DNA from: an uncultured Clostridia bacterium | GTDB lineage: Bacteria > Bacillota > Clostridia > Oscillospirales > Ruminococcaceae | Direction: 5' to 3' | NCBI GenBank assembly: GCA_947627235.1 | Contig: CANQVG010000009.1 | Span: forward strand, 2,376 to 66,375 | Length of the DNA stretch: 64,000 nucleotides | Shown here: positions 8,185 to 17,499 of the stretch, piece by piece | How the letters are laid out: every line of letters starts with the position of its first letter | How positions within the stretch are numbered: the stretch's first letter is position 1 | The notes under the pieces: generated by a model | The model's database searches: none | Told to the model about the DNA's origin: nothing | What the model saw: only the letters and a program-made list of their open reading frames with translations | Program-made: the position numbers and the translations under genes

Positions 8185-8724
8185 TCAGACAAACTTTTTT
8201 GCGCGAATGATCGCAAGCTGAGTTTTTGCGTCGGGCAGCTCGCCGCGCTGAACCATTCGGCAGGCATCACTGAACGGCAGCTTTACCACATCGAGAAACT
8301 CCTCGGGGTCGAGGCTCTGCTTTGAGAAATGAAGTCCACGCGCGAGGTACATATAAATTACTTCGGTGTCGTAGGCGACGGTCGGATACATCTTTCCTAA
8401 AAACATAACCTCGTCCGCCGAGGCTCCGACCTCCTCTTTAAGCTCGCGTATGCCGCAGTCGATGGGGTTTTCGCCCGCTTCAAGCTTGCCCGCAGGCGCT
8501 TCGAGCAGAACCGTGCCGAAAGCATAGCGGAACTGCTTCACCATATACACGTTGCCGTCGCCGTCAATCGGCAGGACGCATACCCCGCCGGGGTGCTTTA
8601 TTACCTCGCGGATTGTCTTCTCGCCGTTTTCGAGAATGACCTCGTCGCGGTATAGCTTGACCACCCTGCCGTCGAAGAGCTGTTCGCTCGAAACCGTCTC
8701 CTCGAATAAATGCCTGTCGTCCAT
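8185..8724 (-). CDS. nudF: NUDIX hydrolase, ADP-ribose pyrophosphatase-like
   Basis: Nudix box GKLEAGENPIDCGIRELKEEVG. The start is moved to the ATG at 8724 (MDDRHLF), which has GGGAGGA 7 nt upstream. Confidence 0.72.
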   Translation of the reverse strand: MDDRHLFEETVSSEQLFDGRVVKLYRDEVILENGEKTIREVIKHPGGVCVLPIDGDGNVYMVKQFRYAFGTVLLEAPAGKLEAGENPIDCGIRELKEEVGASADEVMFLGKMYPTVAYDTEVIYMYLARGLHFSKQSLDPEEFLDVVKLPFSDACRMVQRGELPDAKTQLAIIRAKKFV

Positions 8725-8743
8725 TCCGATTCCTCCCAAACGG

Positions 8744-9334
8744 TCAGTCTATGTATCTCAGCACAGCCACTACCCTGCCGAGAACCGAGACCTCGTCGAG
8801 GATAATCGGCTCCATCGAGTCGTTTTCCGGCTGCAAGCGGAAGTGACCGTGTTCGCGGTAGAAGCGCTTGACGGTAGCCTCACCGTCGGCTGTCAGCGCG
8901 ACGATTATCTCACCGTTTTCGGCATAGGGCGTTTGCTCGACGATGACGGTATCGCCGTCTAAAATTGCGGCGTTTATCATAGATTCGCCCCGAACCCTGA
9001 GCGCAAAAAGCTCGCCGTCGTAGTGCTTTTTCGGTCTGAAGCCGAGGTACCCCTCGATATGCTCGATTGCCGTTATCGGCTGACCTGCCGTGACCGTCCC
9101 GAGGATAGGTACCCTCACGCTTTCGCTTCCGCGCAGCCTTATCGCGCGGTTGAGGTTGCTGCCCTGCTTTTCTATCAGTCCGGCTTCTACGAGCCTTTCA
9201 AGGCAGCGATGCGCAGTTGAGGTCGAACGGAAGCCGAGTTCCTGACAAATCTCCCTCACCGACGGCGTGTAGCCGTCGCCGATTCTCGATTTGACAAATT
9301 CGTAGACCGCCTTGTCCTTTTCATTGAGTTCCAT
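8744..9334 (-). CDS. lexA: LexA repressor
   Basis: 196 aa with an N-terminal winged HTH (SVREICQELGFRSTSTAHRCLERL), an Ala-Gly cleavage context (VTAGQP) and an S24 peptidase domain (VRGESM). Confidence 0.9.
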   Translation of the reverse strand: MELNEKDKAVYEFVKSRIGDGYTPSVREICQELGFRSTSTAHRCLERLVEAGLIEKQGSNLNRAIRLRGSESVRVPILGTVTAGQPITAIEHIEGYLGFRPKKHYDGELFALRVRGESMINAAILDGDTVIVEQTPYAENGEIIVALTADGEATVKRFYREHGHFRLQPENDSMEPIILDEVSVLGRVVAVLRYID

Positions 9335-9354
9335 AATACGTCCTTTCTGTCGAA

Positions 9355-9366
9355 AAACAAACGTTC
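9355..9366. promoter_or_regulatory. candidate LexA (SOS) box
   Basis: The minus strand reads GAACgtttGTTT, one mismatch from the Firmicutes GAAC-N4-GTTC core. It lies 21-32 nt upstream of the lexA ATG. Confidence 0.4.
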
Positions 9367-9375
9367 ACATTTATT

Positions 9376-10758
9376 TTAGCAGATTCCGTTCTTTTTTTCA
9401 AGTGCTTTTGCGAGTCTTTTTGCAACCTTGTAAATATCCCCGCAGCCGAGAGTGATAACGAGGTCGCCGTCGCAGACGTGTCCCGCAAGGTAGTCTACGC
9501 ACTCGTCGAAGGTCGGGGTGAGGGTGCAGTTGGGGGTTATAGCGGCGAGGTCGCTTGAATGAATATTATAGATATTTTTCTCGCGCGAGCCCATAATCTC
9601 GGTCAGGACTGCCTCGTCGGCAATCGAAAGCGCCTTGGCGAAGTCGTCGAGCAGGCGGTAGGTGCGCGAATAGGTAAACGGCTGGTGTACCGCGATTATC
9701 CGTTTAAAGCCCAACTCCTTTGCGGCGGTGAGTGTGGCGTTAAGCTCTGCCGGGTGATGGGCGTAGTCGTCGGCTATCGTTACGCCGTTTATCTCGGCGA
9801 TTTTTTCAAACCGCCTTATGACGCCGTTGAAGTGCGAAATTCCCTCGGCGGCTTTCTCTGCTTTAACGCCGACGTATTCTGCGGCGGCTATCGCGGCTAC
9901 GGCGTTGAGTACGTTATGCCTCCCCGCGACGTGAATCTGAGTTTCGAGGAGCTTTTTGCCCCTGAAGTACACTTCAAACCGAGTGGAAAGTCCTTTGTGA
10001 TACAGAATCACGGGATAGTAGTCGTTAGAGCTTTCCCAACCGAAAGTTATGAGGTCCTTGCCCGAGATGCCCTCAAGCGCTTCGAGGGTGTTTTTGTCGC
10101 CGCCGTTGTAGATGACGCACTTCGAGGCGTTTTCCGCAAATTTCCGGAAGGATTTCTTCATATTTTCCATAGTCTTGAAGTAGTCGAGGTGGTCGGCGTC
10201 GATATTGAGTATAACAGCGATGTCGGGGCTGAGCTTTAAAAACGTGTCGACAAATTCGCAGGATTCGCACACCATAATGTCCGAGCTGCCGACGCGTCCC
10301 GAACCGCCTATAAGCGGAAGCTTTCCGCCGATAAAGCAGCCGATGTCCTCGCCCGCCTCGCAGAGAATCTGGGCGGTCATAGCTGTGGTAGTGGTTTTTC
10401 CGTGGGTGCCGGCTACGCATATAGCGTTATCGTACCATGTCGTGACAAGTCCCAGAAGCTCCTTGCGTTCGAGAACCTCCGCGCCCGACGCCCTTGCCGC
10501 AATAAGCTCGGGGTTATCGGCCATTATCGCGGCGGTGTAGACAATGAGGTCGGCGTCGCCGATGTTTTCCGCGCGCTGACCGATATATACCGGTATTCCC
10601 ATATCGCGGACAGCCTGAAGGGTTTCGGTTTCGTTGTTGTCCGAGCCGGTCAGGTAAAATCCCTTTTGGTGGAGAATCTGCGCGAGCGGATACATTCCGC
10701 TTCCGCCGATGCCGATAAAGTGTATATGTTTTTTGCCGCTGAGAATATCCTTATTCAT
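9376..10758 (-). CDS. murC: UDP-N-acetylmuramate--L-alanine ligase
   Basis: The start is taken at MNKDILSGKKHIHFIGIGGSGM (ATG 10758), and the 39-aa upstream extension in the ORF track is discarded. Mur ligase motifs are present (GTHGKTTTT). Confidence 0.92.
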   Translation of the reverse strand: MNKDILSGKKHIHFIGIGGSGMYPLAQILHQKGFYLTGSDNNETETLQAVRDMGIPVYIGQRAENIGDADLIVYTAAIMADNPELIAARASGAEVLERKELLGLVTTWYDNAICVAGTHGKTTTTAMTAQILCEAGEDIGCFIGGKLPLIGGSGRVGSSDIMVCESCEFVDTFLKLSPDIAVILNIDADHLDYFKTMENMKKSFRKFAENASKCVIYNGGDKNTLEALEGISGKDLITFGWESSNDYYPVILYHKGLSTRFEVYFRGKKLLETQIHVAGRHNVLNAVAAIAAAEYVGVKAEKAAEGISHFNGVIRRFEKIAEINGVTIADDYAHHPAELNATLTAAKELGFKRIIAVHQPFTYSRTYRLLDDFAKALSIADEAVLTEIMGSREKNIYNIHSSDLAAITPNCTLTPTFDECVDYLAGHVCDGDLVITLGCGDIYKVAKRLAKALEKKNGIC

Positions 10759-10902
10759 AACAAAAATCAACCTCACAAAAAATTCGCTGTATACAGTATA
10801 TTCCGATTTTGCGGATTTTACCGCATTTGTTGCATAAATACGGAACGTTCTGCCAAAAATATGATTACCCAACACTGATTTGCAGAAAGGAAAGAACTAA
10901 AA

Positions 10903-11175
10903 ATGACGATTACTAACATCAAAGTGAGAAAAATCATCCCCGAAGGCAGGCTGAAAGGAATAATCAGCGTGACCTTTGACGACGCTTTTGCCGTCCACGA
11001 TATAAAAGTGGTGCAGGGCGACGACAGGCTTTTTGTTGCGATGCCCTCCCGCCGCGACGATTCGGGCGCTTTCCGCGACATAGTCCACCCGATATCCGCC
11101 GAGGTGCGCGAAAAAATAGAGGGAGAGATACTCTCCGCTTATTACCGCGCGCTAAGCGAGGTCGCGCCGAGCTAA
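10903..11175 (+). CDS. spoVG: septation protein SpoVG
   Basis: 90 aa: MTITNIKVRKI..GRLKGIISVTFDDAFAVHDIKVVQG...FVAMPSRR. Confidence 0.9.
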   Translation: MTITNIKVRKIIPEGRLKGIISVTFDDAFAVHDIKVVQGDDRLFVAMPSRRDDSGAFRDIVHPISAEVREKIEGEILSAYYRALSEVAPS

Positions 11176-11233
11176 ACAAAAAGCCGTCCGTGACCGCCGA
11201 ATCGCGCGGCACTGACGGCTCTCAGACCTAAAG

Positions 11234-11638
11234 CTATGCGATTACCGCCCTTGCCTTGCTGACAATGCTCTTGTCGTTTTCGTAGGTCAATACGTTCTGG
11301 GCTCTGTCGATCTCTATCCAGCGTATATCTGCGATCTCCTCTTCCTGAGGGACATAATCGGTATTTTTGGCTTTGGCGAGAAAATACACGACCACCTTTT
11401 GAGTCCCGCGCTTCGGGGAATAGCTCACCGTTTCGCGGAAGCTTGAGTCGATGATGACGTCGATACCCGTTTCTTCAAGAATTTCGCGGTGCGCGGTCTG
11501 AACCTCGGTCTCGCCGGCCTCTACATGTCCCTTTGGAAAAGACCAGTGACCGCTGTTGATATGCTTGATCAAAAGAATCTCGGTATTGCCGTGAAACTTG
11601 CGGTATACGATTGCTCCGCAGGATTTTTCGTGCAGCAT
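11234..11638 (-). CDS. NUDIX hydrolase (Ap4A-hydrolase-like)
   Basis: 134 aa with the Nudix box GHVEAGETEVQTAHREILEETGI. Confidence 0.7.
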   Translation of the reverse strand: MLHEKSCGAIVYRKFHGNTEILLIKHINSGHWSFPKGHVEAGETEVQTAHREILEETGIDVIIDSSFRETVSYSPKRGTQKVVVYFLAKAKNTDYVPQEEEIADIRWIEIDRAQNVLTYENDKSIVSKARAVIA

Positions 11639-11867
11639 TATTTATCCTTCCTGAAAGCCGTCTTTTACGCGAGGCTTTCTGATATGATATATTCATATTT
11701 ATTGTATCACAAATAACTCGTTTTTGCAAGTTTTATTTCAAATAAATCTTGGAAACGCCGAAATTCGTTGCACTTTTGCCGCAGCGGCTCATAATTCCGC
11801 CCGCGCCTCTGCTATAGCAGGGGCTTTTTCGGCTTTAGACAATTCGGAAAATTTTTGGGAAAAGCCC

Positions 11868-11897
11868 TTGACATTTTTCACCGGGGGGGGGTACAAT
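11868..11897 (+). promoter_or_regulatory. sigma-A promoter with a G9 homopolymer inside the spacer
   Basis: TTGACA 11868-11873, an 18-nt spacer containing nine consecutive G (11883-11891), then TACAAT 11892-11897. It lies 78 nt upstream of the surface-protein gene. Confidence 0.6.
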
Positions 11898-11974
11898 GAA
11901 AATGTAAAAAATATTTTGTCGTAATCGGAACAAATGCGTTTTGTTTTGCGACTTATATTACAGAGGTGTATTAA

Positions 11975-13021
11975 ATGAAAAAATTTCTTGTTTTGGCACT
12001 GTCTTTGGCTTTGACCCTTTCGGCTCTCTGCGTTCCCGTTTTCGCCGACGAAAACCCCGCAGACCCTTCGGACGGATATACCGAAATGGGAACGTTTTCA
12101 GTCCTTGCTTCTCAGTGCAACAGAGGTATGGTGTATACCGACGTCTATTTCGGCACCGCCGACCCGCCCGCTTGCGTTTGCGGAGATTTCAGAATATACG
12201 AAGGCGAGTGCGAAGTCGTAAGCGACGGCTCCCCCGAGGGCGAAGCCGCCCTCGAATACTATACCGAGACGGGGCTTATCCCCGCCGGGACCGCGGCGAC
12301 GATTTATTTCGCCGCCGGTGCTTCTCTGCCCGATGACCCTGACGACGAGATACCTGCCGCAACGGAGACTTATATATCCCTTTCCTCTGTCAAAAAAATA
12401 GCCCTCGGCGCTCCGACGGAGCTTACCGAGGAGGCCTGCGAGCTTATGTTCCGAGTGCTGAACGAGGCGCGCAACTTCGAGTGGGACGCGCTTATACAGT
12501 TCCGCTACAGCCTTGACGACGGAAAGCTCAGCTCCGAAATTTACACCCTCCAGCCCGAGGAGTATATGCCCTGCGTAGATAACCTGACGGTTCTTTCCTG
12601 CGAGCACCGCGATGACGGCTCCGTAAAAATAATACTTGAGGGGACTGACGAAAACGGCAGGTACTTTGGGCATATCGTCGAGCTTGCCGACGCGGGCAAT
12701 ATTGCAACTCCCGACGACGGCACACCCGATGGAAGAGCTAAAGGCGAGCTTTACCGCAACAGCTATTCCATCGAGCCGGGAACGGTCGTAAAGCTGGTGC
12801 TTTTCTATAAATCGTCGGCAAACGGCGTTCATATCGACGGCGACGAAGTTTACGGAATAATGTTCTATGGCGAGAGCGCGGATATCAGTGCCGAGGAAAT
12901 CAAAGCGGGGCTGGACCGCTTTAAGGTTGAAACCTCCGCGCCCGACACCGGCATCGCGCTCTGCATACTGCCTGCGGTTTTGTCGCTGGCAGCTATCGCA
13001 GTCACAAAAAAGAAAAAATAA
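11975..13021 (+). CDS. secreted surface protein with C-terminal APDTG + TM + KKKK sorting-like signal
   Basis: 348 aa with the signal peptide MKKFLVLALSLALTLSALCVPVFA. The C-terminus is SAPDTGIALCILPAVLSLAAIAVTKKKK. No family recognised. Confidence 0.6.
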   Translation: MKKFLVLALSLALTLSALCVPVFADENPADPSDGYTEMGTFSVLASQCNRGMVYTDVYFGTADPPACVCGDFRIYEGECEVVSDGSPEGEAALEYYTETGLIPAGTAATIYFAAGASLPDDPDDEIPAATETYISLSSVKKIALGAPTELTEEACELMFRVLNEARNFEWDALIQFRYSLDDGKLSSEIYTLQPEEYMPCVDNLTVLSCEHRDDGSVKIILEGTDENGRYFGHIVELADAGNIATPDDGTPDGRAKGELYRNSYSIEPGTVVKLVLFYKSSANGVHIDGDEVYGIMFYGESADISAEEIKAGLDRFKVETSAPDTGIALCILPAVLSLAAIAVTKKKK

Positions 13022-13098
13022 TTTTCATTTTCGCGGAACTTTTCGGCGTCTTTTGACGTCTATATAAGTGAAAGCCCCGCAAGAAGTGGTTTTTATAT

Positions 13099-13136
13099 AA
13101 AAATCCGCCCCGACCGAAATCGGGACGGATTTTTTC
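13099..13136. terminator. bidirectional terminator between convergent genes
   Basis: aaaaatccgccccga...tcgggacggattttt, flanked by A and T runs. Confidence 0.7.
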
Positions 13137-14106
13137 AGTTCTGATAATGTATCTGCTGTCCGGTGACGAGCGGGCAGCTCACAAGCTCGGAGCCGTCGAG
13201 GTTTACCTTGTGCATATCAACGGCGGTTATCTGGCTGTTTCCGTAGGTGGTGTAGTAGTAGACGCCTCTGTCGGTATTGCAGCAGCTCGAATAAATGGTG
13301 TATTCAAATGCGTGTCCGACGCGGCAGCAGCCCTTTTGCTGAGCAACCGAGCCCAGTATGTGGAAGAACTGGCTTATGCTCTCGCTCTCCGACTCGCCGC
13401 AGACGGAATTGAGCTTTGTAAACGCCGCCTTGACGAATCTCGAAGCGCTTGAAAGGTCGCCCGGGATACCTATGCCGCCCATTCCGCGGCTGAAAGGCGT
13501 GAGCTCATACCCTTCCGCAAAGCGGCTGACCGCCTCCTCGCGGGTGCAGTTGAGGTAATTCGCGAGGTTGAGCATATGATAATCAAACGGCGGGTTGTTG
13601 GTGAGTACCCCGACGGGGTTCTCCCAAATTTTCAGCCCCTCTTTGACCGATTCCACAACCAGCGACTCGTTTTTGTCGGAGATTATCCAGTGAAGCGGCG
13701 ACGCCGGAAGCTCGGCGCTGAAATCTATCTTTGCTATGTTGATTTTCGCGAGCAGCTTTCTTGCGTCCGAAATGTCCGCGCACTGCGAAAGCACCCACGG
13801 TATAAACTCAAACGGCGCTATGTTGTCCTTGCCGGAGACTTCGGGCTTGTAGTCGGCAAATGTCGGGAAATTCAGTCCCGCCATCGAAAGCCCTTTTTCG
13901 TTGGTGCAGTCGTAATACAGCGGGTAGCCGCCCGCGACGTAAGCCATACCGATGAGCGCGTAGTGCGACTTCATCCCGCCCGCCTTGCGGAAATTAAAGG
14001 GGAAATTGCGCGGGGTGACGGTCACGGTCTCGTTGTAGGAAAATTCAAGGTCCAAGTTTCTGCCAAAGTAGTGGTCCTGAGTTTTAAAGGATATTGCCGT
14101 ACACAT
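13135..14106 (-). CDS. choloylglycine hydrolase family protein (bile salt hydrolase / penicillin V acylase type Ntn hydrolase)
   Basis: 323 aa with the N-terminus MCTAISFKTQDHYFGRNLD, giving a nucleophilic Cys2 after Met removal. Confidence 0.8.
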   Translation of the reverse strand: MCTAISFKTQDHYFGRNLDLEFSYNETVTVTPRNFPFNFRKAGGMKSHYALIGMAYVAGGYPLYYDCTNEKGLSMAGLNFPTFADYKPEVSGKDNIAPFEFIPWVLSQCADISDARKLLAKINIAKIDFSAELPASPLHWIISDKNESLVVESVKEGLKIWENPVGVLTNNPPFDYHMLNLANYLNCTREEAVSRFAEGYELTPFSRGMGGIGIPGDLSSASRFVKAAFTKLNSVCGESESESISQFFHILGSVAQQKGCCRVGHAFEYTIYSSCCNTDRGVYYYTTYGNSQITAVDMHKVNLDGSELVSCPLVTGQQIHYQN

Positions 14107-14118
14107 AATGACTCCTCC

Positions 14119-14802
14119 TTAAAAGTATTTATCGTTTGTAATGTCCCCGTCTCCGCTTACCGGTATAGCATCACCGAGATATTTCGGCTCCGGTCTGACT
14201 ATCGAGGTCAGAAAGTCCTTGCAGCGCGCGAGTACCTCTCTGACATCGCGCTTAAGCTGTCCCCGGTAGGTTTCGAGGTCGGAATCAACGCCGACAGCTT
14301 CGAGCCCGAGGCTATTTGCTATATAAAGCGCACGGTAGAGGTGGTAGCGCTGGGTCACGATGACTACCTTTTTTGCACCGAAAACTTCCTTTGCGCGGTA
14401 GACGGTCTCATAAGTCGAAAAGCCCGCGTGGTCCATAAACACGTCGGAGGACGGAACTCCCCTGTCGACGGCGAAGTGTTTCATAGTGCCGACTTCGTTG
14501 TAGTTTTGCCTGCCGTGGTCGCCGCTCATGATTATTTTCGGCGCCGCGCCGAGGTTGTATAGTTCTACGCCGCGCGTAAGCCTGTCGCGGAGCATATCCG
14601 ATGGTTCGCCGCTGTCCCTGACCTTGCAGCCGAGTACGACTATGCAGTCGGCTCCGAAGCTTTTTGCCTCCTCCGGGGAGACGATCCGGTTTTCCGTTGA
14701 CCCTACGACGTGGGTATTTATCCCGAACACCGCTGCTATACCCGCCGCCGCTGCCGCGGCTAAAACGGCTATCAGCGGTCGGGGATTAAATCTGAGTTTC
14801 AT
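14119..14802 (-). CDS. SanA/YdcF (DUF218) family envelope protein
   Basis: N-terminal TM, then CIVVLGCKV...IIMSGDHG...VIVTQRYHLYRALYIA. The start is taken at the ATG at 14802 (MKLRF). Confidence 0.72.
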   Translation of the reverse strand: MKLRFNPRPLIAVLAAAAAAGIAAVFGINTHVVGSTENRIVSPEEAKSFGADCIVVLGCKVRDSGEPSDMLRDRLTRGVELYNLGAAPKIIMSGDHGRQNYNEVGTMKHFAVDRGVPSSDVFMDHAGFSTYETVYRAKEVFGAKKVVIVTQRYHLYRALYIANSLGLEAVGVDSDLETYRGQLKRDVREVLARCKDFLTSIVRPEPKYLGDAIPVSGDGDITNDKYF

Positions 14803-14994
14803 TTGCACCACTTCCGAAAATTAAGATTATAACTATTTTATCACTAAGCTGCACCGGTGTCAAGGCGGGAGGATATTAAGCTTTCTTAAGAAAATCTTAA
14901 TTTTATTTTAAGAAAAATCCCCTTTACGCTTAATTTTTCGACGGATATCATATAAAAGTCGCAAAATTCTGTAAGGGGAAGCGTAAAGCTCAGA

Positions 14995-15675
14995 ATGAAA
15001 AGGTACAATAAAATTATCACGGCGGCGTATGTATTTTTGGTTGCACTGGCTGTGTTCGGCTGTCTGAACAGCGTCTTCGTAAAAATCAGACCGAGAGGAA
15101 AAATAATCGCCTTCTGTCAGAACCCGGAGTGGCCGACGGGCTGCGAGAGCGTCTCGCTTTACATACTTCTCAATTACTACGGCGTCGAGGCGTCGGTGCG
15201 CGACATAGCCGACGCGCTTCCGCGGGAGCTTCTGCCGTGGGAGGAAAACGGAACGGTATACGGCGGAAATCCCGAGCGCGGATTTGTGGGCTCGCCCTCC
15301 GATTCGGATTCCTACGGCGTTTTCAACGGGCCGATAGCCGCCGTCGCAAATAAATTCAGGGAGGGCGCGGTCGCGGAAAGCGGACTTGATGTTCGGGATA
15401 TCGAAGAAATCCTCCGAGAGAGGATACCTTTGATCGCCTGGGTGAGTATGTACCCCGAACGGGAGCCGAAGATTTCCCACTGGGTCGACTCTGAGACCGG
15501 TGAGGACGTGACTTGGATAGGCGGCGAACACGCGGTGGTGGTTTACGGCAGGGACGGCGAGGATTTTAAAATCTCCGACCCGAAGACGGGAAAGCTCGGA
15601 CTGATGAGCAAAAACGACCTTGCCGTCGGGTTTGAGCGCCACGGCGGCAGAGTGGTATATTATCCGAAAGAATAA
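14995..15675 (+). CDS. membrane-anchored C39-like (papain-fold) peptidase
   Basis: 226 aa with an N-terminal TM. It has a catalytic-Cys context (NPEWPTGCESVSLYILLNYYG) and a GGEHAVVVYG His context. Confidence 0.55.
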   Translation: MKRYNKIITAAYVFLVALAVFGCLNSVFVKIRPRGKIIAFCQNPEWPTGCESVSLYILLNYYGVEASVRDIADALPRELLPWEENGTVYGGNPERGFVGSPSDSDSYGVFNGPIAAVANKFREGAVAESGLDVRDIEEILRERIPLIAWVSMYPEREPKISHWVDSETGEDVTWIGGEHAVVVYGRDGEDFKISDPKTGKLGLMSKNDLAVGFERHGGRVVYYPKE

Positions 15676-15699
15676 AGCCCCCATTGGATTGGGGGCTTT
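15674..15699. terminator. bidirectional terminator
   Basis: aaagccccc-attggatt-gggggcttt, lying between convergent genes. Confidence 0.7.
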
Positions 15700-15707
15700 A
15701 AATTAAA

Positions 15708-17474
15708 TTACTGTATCCTTTCCCTGATTTCCTTTGTAATCTTTTCGACAAATTCATCAAGGGTCATAGTTTCCGTGGCGGTGGAGTCGAGCCTGCGGAT
15801 TGAAACGGTGCCTTCGTCGGCTTCCTTCTGCCCCACGATTACCATATACGGCACCCTGTCGACGACCTGAGCTTCTCTTATCATATAGCCAATTTTCTCG
15901 TTTCTCGCGTCAAGCTCGGTTCTGACTTTCGCGGCTCTGAGAGCCTCGTAGACCTTATTTCCGTAGTCGGCGCACTTCTCCGAAACCAAGAGAACCTTTG
16001 CCTGAACAGGCGCGAGCCAGGTCGGGAACTTGCCGGCGTAGTGTTCGGTGAGGATTCCGATGAACCGCTCGATTGAGCCGAAGACAACGCGGTGAATCAT
16101 AATCGGACGCTGAGGCTTGCCGTTCTCGTCGATATATTCAAGTCCGAAGTTGAGCGGCATCTGGAAGTCGAGCTGAATGGTGCCGCACTGCCATGTCCTG
16201 CCGAGGGAGTCTTCGAGGTGGAAGTCTATCTTCGGGCCGTAGAAAGCTCCGTCGCCCTCGTTTACCGTGTATGGCAGATTGAGCTTTTCAAGCGCGAGCT
16301 TCAGACCGTTTGTGGCGGCTTCCCAGTCCTCGTCGGAACCCATTGAGTTCTCGGGGCGCGTGGAAAGCTCGACAAAATATTTGAAGCCGAATTTTGTGTA
16401 CACTTCATTTATAAGACTTACTACGCCTATAATTTCGTCGGTAATCTGCTCGGGACGCATAAAGATGTGCGCGTCGTCCTGAGTGAAGCATCTCACGCGG
16501 AAGAGTCCGTGCAGAGTGCCCTTTAGCTCGTGGCGGTGGACAAGTCCGAGCTCTCCTACTCTCATAGGCAGGTCGCGGTAGCTGTGGGGCTGTGAGCGGT
16601 AGACCATAACTCCGCCGGGACAGTTCATCGGCTTGACGCAGTAGATTTCGTCGTCAATGACCGTTGAATACATATTGTCCTTATAGTGGTCCCAGTGTCC
16701 CGAGGTCTCCCACAGATGCCTGTTCATAATCATCGGGGTCTGAACCTCTACATAGTTATCGCGGGTGTGAATGTCGCGCCAGTAATCTATGAGGGCGTTT
16801 TTGATCTGCATACCTTTCGGGAGGAAGAACGGGAACCCGGGTGCCTCCTCGGCGAGCATAAACAGTCCCATTTCCTTGCCGATGCGGCGATGGTCGCGCT
16901 TTTCGGCTTCTTCAAGGAGCTTAAGATAGTCGTCAAGCTCCTGCTGCGTGCGGAAAGCTATACCCTTGATTCGGGTGAGCATCTTGTTGTCCTTGTTGTT
17001 CTTCCAGTAGGCGCCCGATACCGCCGTAAGCTTGAAAGCCTTGAGCGCTTTGGTATAGGTGATATGCGGACCTACGCACATATCAACATAGTCGCCCTGC
17101 TTGTAGAAGCTGATTACGGCGTCCTCGGGGAGGTCGGCTATATGCTCGACCTTATACTTTTCGCCGCGCTCCTGCATATAAGCGACGGCTTCCTCGCGTG
17201 GGAGAATAAACGGACGGATAGGCAGATTTTCCTTGACGATCTTTTTCATCTCCGCCTCGATTGCGCCGAGGTCATCTTCGGATACTGTTTTGTCGCCGAG
17301 GTCTACGTCGTAGTAGAAGCCGGTTTCGTTTGCGGGCCCGTAGGCGAATTTTGCCTCGGGGTACAGTCTTGAGATTGCCTGCGCCATAATGTGGGCGGCA
17401 GAGTGCCGCAGAATGTGAAGCTCCTCCTCGGGAGCGCACTCGCCGACCGTTCCGTTTGAGTAGATTACTTTCAT
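15708..17474 (-). CDS. thrS: threonine--tRNA ligase (short form, TGS domain largely absent)
   Basis: 588 aa with HILRHSAAHIMAQAI already at residues 28-42, class II aaRS motifs, and a GGAGGA RBS. Confidence 0.94.
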   Translation of the reverse strand: MKVIYSNGTVGECAPEEELHILRHSAAHIMAQAISRLYPEAKFAYGPANETGFYYDVDLGDKTVSEDDLGAIEAEMKKIVKENLPIRPFILPREEAVAYMQERGEKYKVEHIADLPEDAVISFYKQGDYVDMCVGPHITYTKALKAFKLTAVSGAYWKNNKDNKMLTRIKGIAFRTQQELDDYLKLLEEAEKRDHRRIGKEMGLFMLAEEAPGFPFFLPKGMQIKNALIDYWRDIHTRDNYVEVQTPMIMNRHLWETSGHWDHYKDNMYSTVIDDEIYCVKPMNCPGGVMVYRSQPHSYRDLPMRVGELGLVHRHELKGTLHGLFRVRCFTQDDAHIFMRPEQITDEIIGVVSLINEVYTKFGFKYFVELSTRPENSMGSDEDWEAATNGLKLALEKLNLPYTVNEGDGAFYGPKIDFHLEDSLGRTWQCGTIQLDFQMPLNFGLEYIDENGKPQRPIMIHRVVFGSIERFIGILTEHYAGKFPTWLAPVQAKVLLVSEKCADYGNKVYEALRAAKVRTELDARNEKIGYMIREAQVVDRVPYMVIVGQKEADEGTVSIRRLDSTATETMTLDEFVEKITKEIRERIQ

Positions 17475-17499
17475 GGTGTATCCTCCTATTTATATAGTA

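Noticed and set aside
13576-14562. 328-aa + strand ORF spanning the hydrolase and sanA-like genes
   Set aside because: It crosses two well-supported minus-strand genes and their intergenic region, and its product is an R/V-rich shadow translation.
14908-15684. 258-aa minus-strand ORF opposite the C39-like peptidase gene
   Set aside because: It is a shadow ORF. The + strand product has a TM anchor and a catalytic Cys/His context.
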